DNA from: Podarcis pityusensis
Lineage: Eukaryota
Reading direction: 5' to 3' (one strand)
Assembly: GCA_964106645.2 (NCBI GenBank)
Contig: OZ067046.1
DNA length: 64,000 bases
Shown: positions 38,824-50,695 of the stretch, one piece after another
Numbering within the stretch: the first letter of the stretch is position 1
Layout: every line of letters starts with the position of its first letter
Notes under the pieces: generated by a model
Told to the model about the DNA's origin: nothing
The model's database searches: none
The model's input: the letters and a program-made list of their open reading frames with translations, nothing else
Position numbers and translations under genes: made by a program

Positions 38824-40329
38824 ATATGTTGAAAAGCAACTACAGAATATTTTCCAGCAGAGGAAAATGTTTAACCCTTTCCCTTCACATGATTTGTCCA
38901 CCCCAAAAAAAAACTCAACAAGCTGCTTTCCTCATAAAAAGACCCCTCCTTCCCCGCCCCATAGGGGCTCTTCATTTACTTGATTCCATTTATGAATTGC
39001 TTCCCATAAAGTATCCAAAAGCAATTTCACAGTAAAAACACCATCAACAATAAAGACAATTACAAACAATTCCATATATTATGTAAAACCAATTCCATAT
39101 TTACATTTTTTAAAAAAAAATTCCATATATAAAATATAATTAAAACTATTTCATATGTTAAAACAATTATAAATCTAGATGCAGATGAAGGCTGATTTTA
39201 GGGTTGTTTGTTTGTTTGTTTGTTTGTTTGTTCAGGGGACCATTCATGACGCATGAGCCATTCTTTATTAATTATTCTATCCCACCTTTCATTGGGAAGG
39301 TGGGAGCAGAGGAAGAGGATGGAAGGGAAGAAAAATGGAAATGGTTAATGGACAGATATATGGAAATGGGAGAGACAGCCATCTACAAATGATCTGTTCT
39401 GAGCTGTGTTAATTGAGGCAAGGATGGAGAGATCCAGGTGTGACGAGGTGCACATCTGAAGGTGCATGTGTCCAGCACTCAGGTATTCAGCACACAACTC
39501 TGAGAAGATTGAAATCTTTTGCTGAAGTCAGTACATGCATCCATTACGAATACGCGTTTATCCTTAACCTTATGCTCCATAGAGGAGTAAGAACAGATTG
39601 TAACTCGAAATGAAAGTGACAGAGCATATGGATGATGCTTTCAGACAGCAATGTTATAGTATTAATGGGCAGCAGATTATATAGCATAATACTTTGATGT
39701 TGTGAGTAAACAAGATCCCTTCCCCCAAAATCTCAAGAGTGAGCATGACAGTTTGCCACAGTACCCACACGAAAGAGAAAAATAAGAGAGGAAGAGGAAT
39801 ATACAAAGCCAGGGATCAAAGTTCTGTGCCTTCTGCAAGACTTAAGGCTTTCCCCTTAAAGTCTTAGAACAGCCAGGCAACAGAAATCTCTCACACATTC
39901 CTTTGATCTGTGTCCAGAGAGGAATAGGGCTGCTCTTTGAGGTTGCTGAGGAGCAACGAGGGAGGGGGTCCCCATAGAGCTTATGAGTTAACCAACCATT
40001 GAAAATCTAGGGTTTAAATACTATTTTGAATCAATGTTACCTTATAGAGGAGTGAGGGGTCTTCCTGGAAGAGTGAGTGATATAGTATCATTATTCCATT
40101 GCACCATTGTTTATTTCCTACAAGCTCCTTTCTGTTTGCTGTTCTATTTACCTTGCCCTAGCTGAAAGGACCTGACCATAATGAGAAATGACCTTCAAGG
40201 ACACATTCAAGATAAGAACTGTACCAGGGTCAAGATAGTTCACTGAGGGTTTATATCAAGTTGTGCCAACTTTACTGATGCCATGATCTACAGAAATAAA
40301 CCATGGACAAAGTCCAGATTGGGAGGGGT

Positions 40330-40333
<4 letters not shown>

Positions 40334-40373
<40 letters not shown>
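40334..40373. repeat. (GA)n microsatellite
   Basis: Directly visible. Confidence 0.95.
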
Positions 40374-40378
<5 letters not shown>

Positions 40379-40719
40379 ATGGGAGACAGAAAGTGAGAGT
40401 TATGCAATGCTACACAGTCTGCCAACTTTGGGTTCTCTGGCCTTGCCCACTGTTGGCATGCAATACACAACAGATTAACCCAGGGGTCATGCAATCTGTT
40501 GTAGGAGGTGACGATGGTTATCTTTTTGTTATGGGCATTAGACAAACAAAATGCATCTTATTTGCATTGCAAGTTGTAAGAAGATTGGAAAAAATAGAGG
40601 GTCTATATCTATTTGTGGGGTGGGCTTCATCCACAACCACCTGCTATTTCTGAGATAATTCTGAGATCATTAGTTGAAGGATTGTCTCCACCTGTATGAA
40701 TCTGACCTGACTAAGTTGA

Positions 40720-41100
40720 AGGTCCACTTTTCTGGTCAGTCAGATTGGCAGGCACAAGAGATGCGGGCTTTACAGTGATGGCCCCCTGCCTCCCTCCCAA
40801 GGGACATATGCATAGTCCCATCAGTACGGGCTTTTGAATGGACTCTGCAAACCAACATATTTTGGTTCACTTTTAGTTGAGAAGTCTCACCTAGTTAAGG
40901 AAATACAGTGTTGTTGGTTCAAAATGGTTTTAAATTGTTCTAATATGCAGTTATGTGTTGTTAGCGTATGCATTGTTTTAGTCTATGGTTTTAAATTATT
41001 ATTAATTATTGGATGTGATATTGTATTTTACGTTCATATAAGCTGCCTTGCATGGGTTTTTGTCTAAAAAGGTGATTTAGAAATATTTTAAAGGAATAAA
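40720..41100 (+). mobile_element. Old L2 3' fragment
   Basis: Degenerate RAF.V.AP motif (CGGGCTTTACAGTGATGGCCCC) followed by a T-rich 3' UTR and an AAGCTGCCTTG..AAAAGGTGATTTAGAAAT L2-type end. Confidence 0.5.
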
Positions 41101-42919
41101 GGAAAATTTAATAGGCGGTAACAAACAACAATAGAATTGCTAAATAGTTGTTAAGAAAATGACTACAACTGTGCTTGGTTTCTAGTCCTTATATTTGTTT
41201 GGTATGTAATATTTGATAGCAACAGGAGTGTCATTTTGTTAGACTTTTTAAGAGGGAATGAAACATGTTCAGTTAGTAGAATTCTTTTAAACAAAGACCA
41301 AAAAAATGAAGGACATGCAAACTGTAGACCTGTCTGAGTTCCACAAAAACCTGAGTTGGTTGGTCAGTGGATCCTAATTATTCCAAAAGCCAGCTAGCAG
41401 CTGTCTGACCATTGGATATGGTGATTTGCATGGTTAACAATTGGATGTCTATCTGGTATCTGAATGGCCTGCAAAAACTGTTTGCCGGGAGACTATTCAT
41501 AATGGCACAGTCAAAAGTCTTCTGAAAGGCATTTGCGTTTCCATTTCTGTTCTTCGCCCTTCCAAAATTGGCAATTTATTACATCAAAAATAGCAGTCAG
41601 CCCAGAAAAGGACAAAATTGACACAGTTCCCTTTTGATCTTTTAGTCCTGAATAGGCATTCACCAATGAACTTCCCAATGAATATTCATTGAATGCAAAA
41701 GAAGTCGCTCAGCATTTTTAAAGTATACTTTAAATATTTTCTGTAATGGCAGGAATTGGCATTATTGAAACAGTATCAAGGTAGTTAAAAAACATTTCAG
41801 AAAAGCACAGTAAACTCTTACTTTTCAAAGCAAACTCTTCCTACATTTGCTTTCATATGTAAGTTTACAATGGGACCATGTTTTCTCAAATTTCTGGCTT
41901 TGAGTAGATTTGTTAGCTGATTCTGAAGATTTATTAGGCATCCTTCCTTCATTGCTGTCATGTTGAGCTCTGGGTGGAAAACAAATAAAAGCCAGCAGAT
42001 CACAACTGTGTTACACAGTTGATATTTTCAATATCTCAATACCCCATGGTATTGCATTAATAAAACAGAAAATGGCATTCTTTTTGCATCAGATCAAATC
42101 CAGAATGCTCCCTTGCAATTACTCTTCAGTTACTTCCTACTTATTTCAGAGCTCTCTAGTGAAGTGTAAATAGCATAAGTTTGTGAAAGCATATTGGTAA
42201 AGATAAAAGAGATGATAAATGTAGTTACTCATATTAAGTTGTACTTAGAGCTGTTACTGTTTATGACTCTGTTATTCAAGAACTGTAGCTTACCATGAAT
42301 TGATCATATATACATGTTAAAAATAGCAAGAATTTGCAATGCTAAATTATGGAGAACAGTATCAACTCCTACTGTGGATGACTGAAAGAATGAAATAGAT
42401 ACTGACATGCCAAATTTGACCCGTTATACAAGGCTAAAGACAGAGTCAGAAGAGAGCTTTGTTAGTTTGAAATGCCTTCACTGATGATGGGCAGAAAAAG
42501 TTGCATCTTTCTACAGATTAACTATTGTAAATTTGCACACATAAAACACAGATATGACCATGCACACTATATCTGTAATAAGATTGGTTTTATTGACTTA
42601 TGACTTATACGGCAACAAGAGCAGCTCTGTATGCGTGAGCCGAGTGTCATTTCCAGCATTTTACCATAGCGAGGCCTGAAAGTTCTATTCATCATAATCA
42701 AGAAAATGTATCCTATTTGTTTGGAAATGAGGCTTGGTGAAGCCTTCATATGAGGGGTACCATGTTAGAAATGTGGTAGAAATCTCCCCAGGTGCATTTT
42801 GCAACTGGAGCAGGTCCAATCAACCACGTGGGAATCTCTGGATTTCAGGCTGGCAACTGACATCTCCACCTGGCTAGCCCATCCAGATTTCTTAAGCAGG
42901 TAAGCAGAAGATCTTATTG

Positions 42920-43089
42920 AATGCATTTATAGTCCACCTTTTTCTCCAGGGAGTACATGGTTTACTCCCCTCCTCAGTGAGGCTGTGCCTGGCCCAAGGT
43001 CACCCAGTGAGCTTCATGGCTGAGTGGGGATTTGAACCCCGATCTCCCAGGGCCTAGTCCAACACTCTAACCACTACACCACACTGGCT
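42920..43089 (-). mobile_element. MIR/CORE-like tRNA SINE
   Basis: CTGGCCCAAGGTCACCCAG..GGGATTTGAACCC..AACCACTACACCACACTGGC; related to the copies at 56297 and 59773. Confidence 0.75.
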
Positions 43090-43849
43090 TCCTAGAGGAC
43101 TTCTGCTATGGGACAGCTATGCAAATTAAGTAGGTAAACAAATACAGGGAAAGCAAAATGTCATTTAGAGAAGGAGCTGAAATATTTTCCCTGAAGCCTG
43201 AATTTGTTTTCTTCTAGATTGTTTCATTTGATGTTTTAATGTGCTGTAAACCACTGTGAGATTTTTTCTTTAAAATATAAAGCAGTATAGAAATGAAATT
43301 AATAATAATAGTAATGATAAATAAATTTCACTGTAAGAAAATGGCCCATACGGTCCATTGTGACGACCATAACTTAGGTTTAAGGTGCCATTTGGTGATT
43401 AGCTCTGAATTTCTAACACTGCATGTGACCTCAATTTCAGAACATGCAGATTATTATTATTTACTGAATTTGTATACCGGCCTTCACCCCAAGATCCCAG
43501 GGTGGTTTGCAACAGATGAAGAAGGACTGTTGTGGCATGTTAAAAAAATGAATGCAATGAAGTAGAGGTCTCCTGTGTTAGCGAGCAATGTACGTTACAT
43601 CTTTCCATTGCAAGAGTCTTCCTTTAGTTCACTGGTGAAAAACCAGGTGCAAGTTCCTAAAATGATGAGATTTCACAACTCCCATTTTAAACCCATCTTG
43701 TCGCTATAGGCAAATATTGGAGCTCTGGGCATTTGAAAAAGGGTTGGTCACAAATGCTGCCCTGGAAGGGAAATTGTAACATTCCCCTCAGGGATGTTGG
43801 GAATTATAGTGCCAGTCTCTGTCCCAACTAGAAGAAAGATAGTGGTTCC

Positions 43850-43925
43850 TTTTTATGGGGGGTGGGATGGGGTGAAGGTGGTTTGAGCTTTCATTGCTGG
43901 GCGGGGGGGGGGGGGGGCGGGAGTT
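43850..43925 (+). promoter_or_regulatory. Candidate G-rich promoter (GC boxes)
   Basis: Two GGGCGG boxes flanking a long G run, directly upstream of the candidate first exon. Confidence 0.3.
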
Positions 43926-43983
43926 GAGCTCCTTTCAGACTAAGCGCAGAGATGCTCATGCAGCTCAGTCTGAAGCTTCCCAG

Positions 43984-44079
43984 ATGAAACAGGCTTCTCC
44001 TGAGCTAGATTGCCACACAGGAATGTGCAGGCGGCAGCAGTATATCTGTCTGTGGATCAGGGAAGTGGTGGACCTGCAG
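43984..44079 (+). CDS. Possible first (coding or UTR) exon of an unidentified gene
   Basis: Open frame MKQASPELDCHTGMCRRQQYICLWIREVVDLQ ends in phase 0 at CAG|GCGTGT (non-canonical GC donor) before (GT)n, in frame with the 45375 exon. Confidence 0.22.

Positions 44080-44081
<2 letters not shown>

Positions 44082-44113
<32 letters not shown>
44082..44113. repeat. (GT)n microsatellite
   Basis: Directly visible. Confidence 0.95.
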
Positions 44114-44115
<2 letters not shown>

Positions 44116-44215
44116 TGTGTTGCTATGTGTGTCTGCATATGAAGTGTTCCTGTCCATGTAATGTGTTGCTGTATGTATCAGAATTTAATTATTGTTTCCT
44201 TGTTTTCTTCCTTTC

Positions 44216-44400
44216 NNNNNNNNNNNNNNNNNNNNNNNNNNNNNNNNNNNNNNNNNNNNNNNNNNNNNNNNNNNNNNNNNNNNNNNNNNNNNNNNNNNNN
44301 NNNNNNNNNNNNNNNNNNNNNNNNNNNNNNNNNNNNNNNNNNNNNNNNNNNNNNNNNNNNNNNNNNNNNNNNNNNNNNNNNNNNNNNNNNNNNNNNNNNN
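44216..44400. other. Assembly gap (185 N)
   Basis: Run of N. Confidence 1.
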
Positions 44401-45374
44401 CCGTTGGAACAACTTTGGCATTTTAGTGTGTTATTTCACCAAAAGGCTTTAGGCAGGAATGATGTTTGTCTTACAATGAGATGCATTTTAAACAAGCATT
44501 CCTGTACATACATATTAATTTGGTACCTTAAATTTCTTAACCAGCTAGAAAGCTGGCAATTTACCTTAAAGCACCCAGTTTTGATTTTTCACAGGTTGAA
44601 TACTCTTTGGTGGTCTAAAAGACCCTGAAGCGTGTAAACATTACAATGTTATTTTTACAGTAATAGCAGATCATGGATCAAGCCAGTAACAATTTCATAA
44701 TCTCTCTCTAATCCTTTTTCAACTACACTTTTTGTTTGGTTAAGGCCTATCTGGCAGGGTTATGAGGTAAAGGTCCATATGTATTCATTTATAGGCAGGG
44801 TCAGCAACAATATCCAGAACATTTAGTTAATCAGACTTTTAAAGAAACTGGAGTATTATTGCACACAAAATGTCACTTATTTATGACTACTATGGATAGA
44901 TCATACTATCAATAACCGAGATTTAGAAAAACTTTAGATCTGCTTTACACCAGTCCATAATTAGTACCTTGAACAGAGACTCCAGAAGGTGAAGAATTAA
45001 AGTACAATCTTTGAACAAGTTAAATACTACAATACACATTCCCCCGCCATGCCGACATGCTAGCAATTTGATAAGAAGCAATGTAAGAAGCTGTGGGCTC
45101 TGCATTATATTGAAATTTGTCATTTCAAAAGGTTAAGAAAAGGATCAATTTTTCCAGTGAATTCCAGTAAAGCTTCTTTATAAATAAGTCTGTTTTTATA
45201 TGAGAGCAATATTTCGTTTTTTCCCTCCCTTTTAGTAACTGTATATATTTTTCCTGTAAATTTAAATTAATTCTAAGTCGTAATAGTATATTTTAAGCAG
45301 CATAAAACATTTTAGGGTCATGTAGAATTATATATCCTGTCATTTTATTAATTATTCCTCGTATTTCTTTCCAG

Positions 45375-45506
45375 TATGAATGTATGACCAGCAGACCTTC
45401 TGAAAGAATTCAGGATGTGGTCTCAGCATTTGCAACATCTCTGTGGGACCCTACTCCTTCAAGCCCTAGACATCACTACAAAGCTCCTGCTAAGGACTCC
45501 AGCCAG
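45375..45506 (+). CDS. Candidate exon of an unidentified host gene (YECMTSRPSERIQDVVSAFATSLWDPTPSSPRHHYKAPAKDSSQ)
   Basis: Strong acceptor (TTAAT branch-like motif, TTCCTCGTATTTCTTTCCAG), donor CAG|GTAGAA, 132 bp = 44 codons with only one frame open, and GC content clearly higher than the AT-rich upstream flank. Confidence 0.5.
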
Positions 45507-45626
45507 GTAGAAATGGAGGGAAACTGTGGAGGAATGACACTGTACAAGTGAGCATGTTGCACAAACAGCCTCACCACAGGTACAAAGAATGCCCTGCTGA
45601 CCCTTGCCATCTCAGAAAACCTACAG

Positions 45627-45730
45627 CAGGAATGGGGAACCTGTAGCCTTCCAGAAGTTGCTATATTACAGCTCCGCTCACCCTAGACCATTGGCCATGC
45701 TGGATGAGGTTGATGAAGATCATCAACTGT
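45627..45730. mobile_element. Degenerate hAT MITE related to 2939-3074
   Basis: CAGGAATGGGGAACCTG..CCTTCCAGAAGTTG..TACAGCTCC..CCATTGGCCATGCTGG. Confidence 0.5.
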
Positions 45731-45871
45731 TACACACACTTCAGTTTCAGGAATGCTAGAGCATCATCCTCTAGAAGGAAAATGACAAGAGACAGTGGTG
45801 TCTTTGTGATTTGTGTTTTCATTTACATACCTACATATATACATATATATATACATATATACACACACACA

Positions 45872-46097
45872 CAGTGGTACCTCGGGTTACATACGCGTCA
45901 GGTTACAGACTCCGCTAACCCAGAAATAGTACCTTGGGTTAAGAATTTTGCTTCAGGATGAGAACAGAAATTGTGCTGCAGCGGCGCGGCTGCAGCAGGA
46001 GGCCCCATTAGCTAAAGTGGTGCTTCAGGTTAAGAACAGTTTCAGGTTAAGAATGGACCTCCAGAATGAATTAAGTACTTAACTCGCGGTACCACTG
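45872..46097. mobile_element. Tc1/mariner (Tigger/pogo-like) MITE in TA/CA microsatellite
   Basis: TIRs CAGTGGTACC..CGGGTTA ... TAACTCGCGGTACCACTG; repeated internal TTCAGG(A/T)T motifs; flanked by (TA)n(CA)n and (TG)n(TA)n. Confidence 0.82.
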
Positions 46098-46107
46098 TGT
46101 GTGTGTG

Positions 46108-46140
<33 letters not shown>

Positions 46141-49061
46141 GCTGAGCATAAGATGGAAGGGCTCATCGCATTAACTCTCCAACAGATACCAGAGGAAACA
46201 GGTTTCCAGGGGAGATGTCCTGGATAGCACTGGATTCCAGAATCAGACATCTGATAAAAACTCTTGAAGGCGTTCATTGTGTTTCTTCTAGTTTGACTCT
46301 TAAGCAGTCAGTTATCCTGGTAGACTTCCTGGTGTCCAACAAGTGTTGTTTCCGTTTTTGTTGTTTTAAATAATTTCAGCTGAATCATATTTAGCCCCAT
46401 TTGTTTTTAAAGGTGTAACTGGATTGTGGTGAGAAAAGTGAGACGGCAGTTCCAAGATTTCTGTTCATTTCTCCAAACTGGAACTGCACCCACAATCTCA
46501 TCAACGCTTTGTGTGTTAATGGCAAAGAGGTGTGGATCTCTAAGGTCACTTATGAGAAGTGTTTTGCTATATAAATGCTAAGCATTAAGGATTCTTCATG
46601 ATAATGCCATCATTTCTTCAGCTGCAATGTATAGATTTATAAAGATAAAATGATAATATTTCACATCAGCTCAGTTATGCCAGCATCAGTTTTTAAACCC
46701 CAGATAATAAAACTGATTTAAACTGCTGCACCTTCCGTAAGCTTCCCATATTAAAAAAGCTTTGATCTTGAAGATTAAAGGCACTATGGCATTTTATAAA
46801 CACAGCACCTAAATATGGGGCATGATCCAAAGTTAAGCAATTGAAAATCCCTTTGATTTCACTGAGAGAATTAAGCAGATGTTTAAATCCATCTAATTTA
46901 AGTAATTATAAAAAGGGCTGGATGCCAAAGGAAATAGCAATTTTGGCACATTGTCCAAAACAGATTATATTTAGATTATGAGGCCAAACATAGTTACTTG
47001 GAAGTAAGATTAAAATCATTTAAATCAATAGGGCTTACTTCCAAAAATATGTGCCAGACTTTTCTCAACTTGCCATAAATCTGATGGATGGATTTCACTT
47101 GTAATATACCATTAAGGTGTTTGGGTTTTTTATTTTAAAAAATACCCACAATCTATTGTTGAAAATATCTACTTTTGGTACAGAGCAATGCAATTTTATC
47201 TGTTATTTATTAATTTTGGAATGCAGTAATATTAAATTAATAAAGCAGTTCTTCTTTCAAAGGGGAGCATAATGCTTTAAGTCACAGTATTCAAAGACTA
47301 TTCATTTGAGAACGTAACTTCAAATACACGTACGCACTTTAAATATTAAGTTCCCCCCAAAGCAGCATATAAACTTTCTAGTGAGAATGGACTAGTACCA
47401 TTGTTAGTTGGGCTGCAGATGGATCTGAAGGAGAGAGGAGCTACAGCACGTTCAGTGGAAGAGGACTTGCTTCGCAACTTCTGCTTCTTTCGTATCAAGG
47501 ATTTCCAGGAGCAAGACTGAGAGAGACCTGTCCATGAGACCTGGGAGAGCCACTGGCGACAGTGAGAGCAACACTGCTAGGCTAGGACTCATCTATGAAC
47601 TTGAAATGAATGGGAGCCGTGCTACCAATGGCTACCAATGGCGCTGCACAATAAGACTGTGCTTTCCACTATTTGATATCTGCTGGGATTAAGTTTTTAA
47701 AAGCAGCCTTTGATGCAATGACACTTTTTTTGTACTTGGCCATTTTTAATTGACTTGTCGCAGCACTGGATAATTGACAGCTTGAAATAGAATCGGATTT
47801 TTGACATCGCTTGGGAGCATTCCTGAGGAGCAGAGTACATCTAAATAATATTTGATGGCAAAATGTAATATTTGACTTCTGGCATCCGATATTCAGAATC
47901 TGATGTGATATTTTCATAAAGTGGTCTGAAGCTGTGGTCTGAAAAATAGAGTGGGATAAGCTGGCTAAAGCCAAGAGATCTGGATCAAGTCCGGACTTGG
48001 ACAACTTTGTCCACTACTCTGAGTTCTGTTGAAGGAAGACAAGCTACAAATAGAATGAAGAAAAAGATTTTTACAAAATTGTGTGCTTTTTAATGAATGC
48101 TACTTGATCCACTGTTTGAACAGTCAATGACTGGTACTCATTATTTGGAAAAAAACCCCACATCTATTATCTGCACCTGGGAGTGCCGATCTTCTAAAAA
48201 GAGGTGTGCCAGGGCTCAGCCTACCTGGAAATTATACTTTGTGAACTGGGTACCCTATCCCCTACTCCCAGACCTATAAGGACTGACAGCAGTTGCTTAG
48301 AGCGTCAAAATGACATTCTCTATATCCATAGATCCACTCTTCGTTATTAACATAGTACAATGCTCCTGAAGAGATTTTTAAAGTTGAGTCTTTTTGATCT
48401 CTCATAGTTGGTATTCTTCTATGTTTGATACTTACATTTAAAATCAAAACTGGTTTAAAACCAAAATTATTTAATATTATTACAATTATCTAATGGATGT
48501 TTAAATGTTGGTTGTCTGTGTATCAGTCAAGCATACTTGCACCTCACCCTTCTTTCCATGAATCTCCATGGGGCCTTAACAGGAATTACTCCTCACAAGA
48601 ATGCCTGAGGGGTCCCTATGCAAAAGTCTCCTCTGATGGGCCCTGTCCTCTACTGCTCTGATGGCAGCAGTGGTCTAAGCAGTGCCTGGTGATCAGGTCT
48701 CGGCACCATTTTAACTCCCCACAATGCCCTAGAGCAGCACTGTGCCATGAAAGGGGAATAAAAATGGCCGCTGGACCACCAGCCACCAGGTGCTGCTTGG
48801 AACACTTGGTTGGGTGGCTTGTGTGGGAATGTTCAGAGGGGCAGGAGAAGATATATTGTTTATTAATATCCTTCCTACCTTGTGCTAACAAGTTCTTTTA
48901 CTTAGCAGAGTTACATTCCCCTTTTTACATGCACAGCAGATAGCCGGTTGCAGGCTTGTGTGAGCCTCTCACTATTATACAATTAAGTCTGTCTTCCGAT
49001 TGAATTGTATGTTCCTGGTAAGTTCCCTTGAATCCCTCTTAAAAGAATAAAGACGCCACAA

Positions 49062-49820
49062 TATGGTAACCAGACGTCCCCGTTTCCCGGGACAGTCCCC
49101 AGATTTACAAATCTGTCCCTGGAAAAAATCCATCCCCGGAATGTCCCCAGATTTCATTTAATGTCCCCGGATTTATATTTTAAATGTTGTAGATTTATTG
49201 GGAGGGAATGAATGTTACATGATTGGTTCAATGGCACAAGACACATCATATGGGGACTTCTGGCGAGGCAAAATGCCAGGCGCCATGGCAGCGAGCCGCT
49301 CCTGAAGCCAGCCAGAGCCAAGTGCACTACCAGGCTGGCTCCGGGCTGCTGAGACTGCTGCTGCTGCTGCTGCCACTGCCGAGGGGGAATCAGGGACACC
49401 CGGCGCGTCAACTGGGGGAACCACTGATACCCCCCCATGACCCAAATCAAGCCACCCAGCCGACTGCCCAGTGGTGCTCCAGGGTCAGGAAAACCCCAAA
49501 GCCAACACAGGGAGAAGGAGAAGGAAGAGAGAGAAAGAGGAAGGAGAAAAAAGAGGAGAGCCCCAACCTTGCCACGCCACTGCTGCCGCTGCTGCTGAGG
49601 AGGAGAGTTAGGAGAGCACTGGGAGGGCAAGGACACGTGGCTGAGCCCAGGCCTGACCTGAGCCTACTCCACGGTGGCTAGTGCTCAAAGAGGAGACCAC
49701 AGAAGAGAAGATATTACTTCTTCTTTTAAAAAAAAATAACTTCTTTTAATAACTTTTTTCTCTTTTCAAAAAAAAAAAAAAAGTGTCCCAGGATTCTTTG
49801 AAAAAAATCTGGTTACAAAT
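49062..49820. mobile_element. Non-autonomous hAT-like element with GC-rich interior
   Basis: TGGTAACCAGA ... TCTGGTTAC termini and many GTCCC(C) subterminal repeats; TSD not recognisable. Confidence 0.65.
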
Positions 49821-50259
49821 ATGTACATGTGGATCTACCCCATATGGGGGAATAATCCTGGTGCTTCTGCTAGCTGAGAGCTAGCAGAGCAGTCCTAGCT
49901 AAAAGCTGGTCAAACGAAGAAGAAAGTCAAAACAGGGAGAGGTTGCTGCGTGACTTGTCCTTTTGTTACCTGAGCAGGTTAGATCACGCCCACCTTCTAT
50001 CACATGCAAAAGGAAGGATGCTCCAGCCAGGAGGAACAGGAAGTTTTGACTGGCTGGACCAAACTTCCCCTTGCATGTCTTCTCTAGCATTTCAAGGAAT
50101 GTTGTACTTGACTGCCTCTCGTGGATCACATTCCACAGCTTGAAGGGGAGGGCCATGGCAGGCACCTGTGCTGGGCCTTGCTAGGATGGTGTGTTCTGAT
50201 AGGTGCCCAAGGACGCCAAGTGATGATATTGGCCTTGCATTTGCCAGTCAAAGACTGGA

Positions 50260-50695
50260 CGTATTTCTCATGTGAAAAGACATAACACAAGTAAGGCTGT
50301 AAAGGGTACACCTGTCCATTGTCAGAACAAGGAAGAGACAGGTATCCTACTTTGGTTTGAAGGACGCTGGCAAGAAACAGCGTTCAAAAGCAGATCACTT
50401 GGGGTCTACTGTATAAAACAATGCTCTTTGTACCTTATATTTGAAGAGACAAAGCTGAGCAATGAAGAGTATCAGATTGATGAAGGGATTTTTATTGAAT
50501 TACTGAAGCTTCACAGCCACAACAATGAGACCCTGGGAAGCTAACTGAAGAGAAAACAAGATTACACAAGTCCAACAATTCCAAATGAAATCAGCAGCCT
50601 AATGAGCCAGAAGTTATCCACGCTATTGTAAAGGAAATTAATTGCAGTTCACAATACCATTCTGTCATCGCTGATGGAACTCGGGATTACTTAGA
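50260..50695 (+). pseudogene. Decayed hAT transposase fragment (ZMYM1/DUF4371-like)
   Basis: DEGIFIELLKLH..*LKRKQDYTSPTIPNEISSLM../..IVKEINCSSQYHSVIADGTRD matches the GNFxxLL..YTSPxIQNEI..FSIIADxTxD pattern of hAT transposases; contains a stop and a frameshift. Confidence 0.75.

Noticed and set aside
38598-39035. ORF with poly-M/poly-I, and similar ER/CV-repeat ORFs
   Set aside because: These are translations of microsatellites.
44010-44628. ORFs spanning X runs
   Set aside because: These are artefacts of the N gap.
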